Assembly: GCF_036971445.1 (NCBI RefSeq)
Contig: NC_091472.1
Span: 75,702,001 to 75,736,577 of the forward strand
Origin: Narcine bancroftii
Taxonomy: Eukaryota
DNA length: 34,577 nucleotides
Direction of reading: 5' to 3'
A program made the translations under genes and the position numbers. Within the stretch, counting starts at the first letter, position 1. Each line of letters opens with the position of its first letter. Below, in pieces: positions 31,697-34,577 of this stretch. A model generated the notes under the pieces. It worked only from the letters and a program-made list of their open reading frames with translations, was not told the DNA's origin and made no database searches.

Positions 31697-34346
31697 TGAT
31701 GCACCATCAATGATCACAAAAGATTGAAGTTGTAAAATTGATAGGCTTTTATTAACTTCATACTGGATCAGCCATCAACTGGAATGGGGAGCATGCAGAA
31801 GGATAGGAGTAAAATTGGCTTCAGGCAGTGTGTCCAGCCGGCAGCACCCAATCATAGCATAAAAGTGGTTTACCATATTCACCCCTCCTTTTTAAGAAGA
31901 GTCCTGCGGGGTGAGAAAAACAATATGAAACAAATATACATATACAAATATACACTTTACAGATTAAGTTTGTCAGGGGGGTCTCCTTTGCCGCAGCGAA
32001 CGATGTGATAATGTTTGAGGCACTGCTGTAGCACCCTGAGCAACTTATGGGTTGGACTGTCATGACGATTGCAGTTTGTCGAGGGGAGGTGAAGACAGTT
32101 GAGGGGATAAGGGAGTGTGGTGCTGGTGCATCATGGGTAGAGAGTGGTCAGCTGCAGGCTCAGGGACCCTAAGGTAGCAGCAGGAGGGGGAAGGGGGGAA
32201 GGAAGTGTCTGTTGGTGGTCAGTGGTGATCGGAGGAGCACCGGATGATGATCCTGGATCATGACTGTGTCTTCGCGCCCATCAAGGAAGACAACATAGGC
32301 ATACCGGGGTTTAGCGTGGAGGAGGCGGACCTCTCAATCAGTGGATCAGTCTTAGATTGCCTGGTTTCAAAGTACAACCGGTCCTGGGGAGGTAAGCCCG
32401 GAGGGCAGCGTAGTCCCTGACACGGACTTCCTAGGGAAAGCAAACATCTGTTCATGAAGTGTGTTGTTAGTGGCCACACATAAAAGTGACCTGATGGAGT
32501 GGAGTGCGTCTGGGAGGACTTCTTGCCATTGGGAAATGCCAGGAGAACAGTCTTCCAGACCAAGGCATTCTCCCTTTCCAGTTGCCCATTCCCTCTCGGG
32601 TTGTAGTTGGTGGTCCTGCTCATGGCGATGCCCCTGGTCAGCAGGTACTGACTGCCACAGCTTATCACTCATGTATAAGGTCCCCCGGTCACTGTGGATG
32701 AAGCCAGGGTACCCATAGAGTGTGAAGATATTGTAGAGTGCCTTGATAACTGTGGCCATAGTCACGTCTGGGCAGGGAATGGCGAAAGGCAAACCTGAGT
32801 ATTTGTCAATGATTATAAGGAAGTAAACATTCTGGTTGAAGAAGGAGAGAGGCCCCTTGAAATCAATGCTTAAGTGCTCTAAGGGGTGGGTAGCTTTGAT
32901 CAGGTGCACTTTATCCGGTCAGTAGAATTGCGGTTTGCATTTGGTCAGATATGGCAGTTTTCAGTCACTGTCTAGACTTCCTCGACGGAGTATGATAGGT
33001 TTTGAGCTTTGACAAAATGGAAAAACCTACTCACTCCAGGGTAATAGAGGTTATTATGGAGGGTCTGCAGTCTGTCCATCTGGACACTGGCACAAGTCCA
33101 ACAGAATAGAGCATCCAGGGGTTCGTTAAGTTTGCCAGGCTGATTGAGGATATTGTAGTTGTAAGTGGACAGTTCAATTCTTCACCTGAGGATCTTATTG
33201 TTCTTGATTTTGCCCCTCTGCTTATTATTAAACATGAATCCGTCCGCTCTCTGATCCAAGAGGTGAGTGAATCGTTTTCCGGCGAGGTAGTGGGTATGCT
33301 GCCTCCAGAATGGCCTGGGCTTCCATCTCAACGAAGAGTGGCGAATTTCATGGCCCTGAAGGGTGTGTGAGAACATGGCGACAGGTCTGACTGTGTGGCA
33401 GCCAGGGCAAAGTCGAACACAGCGCTCTCCCCTTGGAACGGTGTGGACTCATCTATAGCATGCATGGTTGCCTTAGCGATGTCGTGCTTGATACGGTCAA
33501 ACACATCTTGGGCCTCTGCCAGCAGGGGAAACGTGTCCGCATGGTTGGGGACACATTCAGCGTAATATGAGAAGAACCCGAGGCATCTCTTCAGTGCTTT
33601 GTGGGTATGTGGGAGAGGTAGCTCCGTAGCAGACGTATGCGGTCAGGATCAAGCCCAATGACGCTGTTCTCAACCACGCAGCCAAAGATGGCTAGTAGTG
33701 CTGTCCGGAACACACATTTGTCCTTGTTATAAGTTAGGTTCAGGCATTTTGCTGACTGGAGGAATTTACAGAGATTTGCATCGTGATTTTGCAGGTTGTG
33801 GCCGCAGATGGTCATACTATCAAGGTATGGGAAAGTGCCCTGTAATTTATAAAGGTCCTCCGTGCGGCCCATCTCCCACTGGAAAACGGAGACCCAGTTG
33901 GTGATGCCAAAAAGGTCCCAGAGAAAGTGATAGAGGCAGCCATCACAGCCTTACAGTCACATACTCTGTATAGGTTCCAGAGGGCCCGCAGGTACTCAGT
34001 GCTTGACTTACCAGGTTGCTGCTTTCTGGTGGCCAGGAGGTGCCTGGCGTAGGCTTCATTTATTTTCTTGCAATACTGGGCCTTCAGAATTTCCATGGCC
34101 ACCAGGTATGAGCTGGTGTCACTGATCAACAGATACTAGGGGAATGACTCATGAGAAGAGTAGCTTCAGTCGGTTAGCATCTGTGGTGATAACGCCTACG
34201 GTCACTGCCAGAAAGTCTTCAAAACAGCATAGCCAGAGTTCCAACATGTTCAGGGCATCGGATGATCAACAGTCAATGTTGAGCTTCTCAGATTTCAGGA
34301 ACTGCTGCATTTTCTTGAAAATTTATAGTTAATAAAATTTATGCAC
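31697..34346 (-). mobile_element. Degenerate Gypsy LTR retrotransposon, internally deleted; 5' LTR interrupted after 8 bp
   Basis: 3' LTR 31697-31877, PPT AAAAAGGAGGGGTGAA at 31878-31893; integrase SIDFKGPL and IHSDRG; RNase H HYLAGKRFT; RT FGITN and FPYLDS; gag from ATG 34310 (MQQFLKSEKL..., INEAYARHLLATRKQQPG); TTATGCAC at 34339-34346 matches the LTR end TGATGCAC. Confidence 0.9.
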
Positions 34347-34577
34347 TGTAGCAGCCCACGAACCAAGTCACAACCCGGCTCACAAAATGGCCAGCTAACA
34401 GAGCGATCGCAAGGGCCCCACAGGGACCAACAGCCGTCGACCTGCATGACGTTTCGCACAGTGGGAAAGAGCAGGCAACGGCAGGAACGCTGGCCAGTCG
34501 GAGGCCGGTGCTGCGATGACAACACTCCTGTATTCAGAGGCAGGGTCTTAATATAAATAGAGGTGGCAGAACAATAA
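34347..34577. mobile_element. Different LTR inserted into the 5' LTR of the preceding element; runs off the right edge
   Basis: Begins TGTAGC exactly where similarity to the 31697 LTR stops; CpG-rich; TATA-like tract near 34548-34558. Confidence 0.65.

Overview
Eukaryotic genomic DNA, not prokaryotic. The repeat landscape (CR1, L1, Rex1/Babar, RTE, V-SINE, Gypsy, Penelope-type hairpins) suggests a cartilaginous fish (inference). The minus strand carries nine consecutive coding exons of utrophin (utrn), homologous to dystrophin exons 12-20 (early spectrin repeats and hinge 2). All have canonical AG/GT sites and splice into one open frame of 1237 nt. The introns are mostly transposable elements: three Gypsy LTR retrotransposons, several solo LTRs, a four-level nested CR1/L1/L1/CR1 stack with readable target-site duplications, a rearranged Tc1, MITEs and LINE fragments. 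The most unusual signals are: (1) a Gypsy element with no tRNA primer site, whose PBS position is instead an 11-nt perfect complement of its own LTR poly(A)-signal region (candidate self-priming or poly(A) masking); (2) a 402-bp apparently perfect inverted RTE pair bracketing a single frameshifting utrophin exon; (3) a captured HSP90-alpha coding fragment; (4) a templated inverted duplication with repair signatures. Most ORFs in the supplied track are TE remnants or spurious. Family assignments rest on motif recognition, not database searches, and boundaries of old repeats are approximate.
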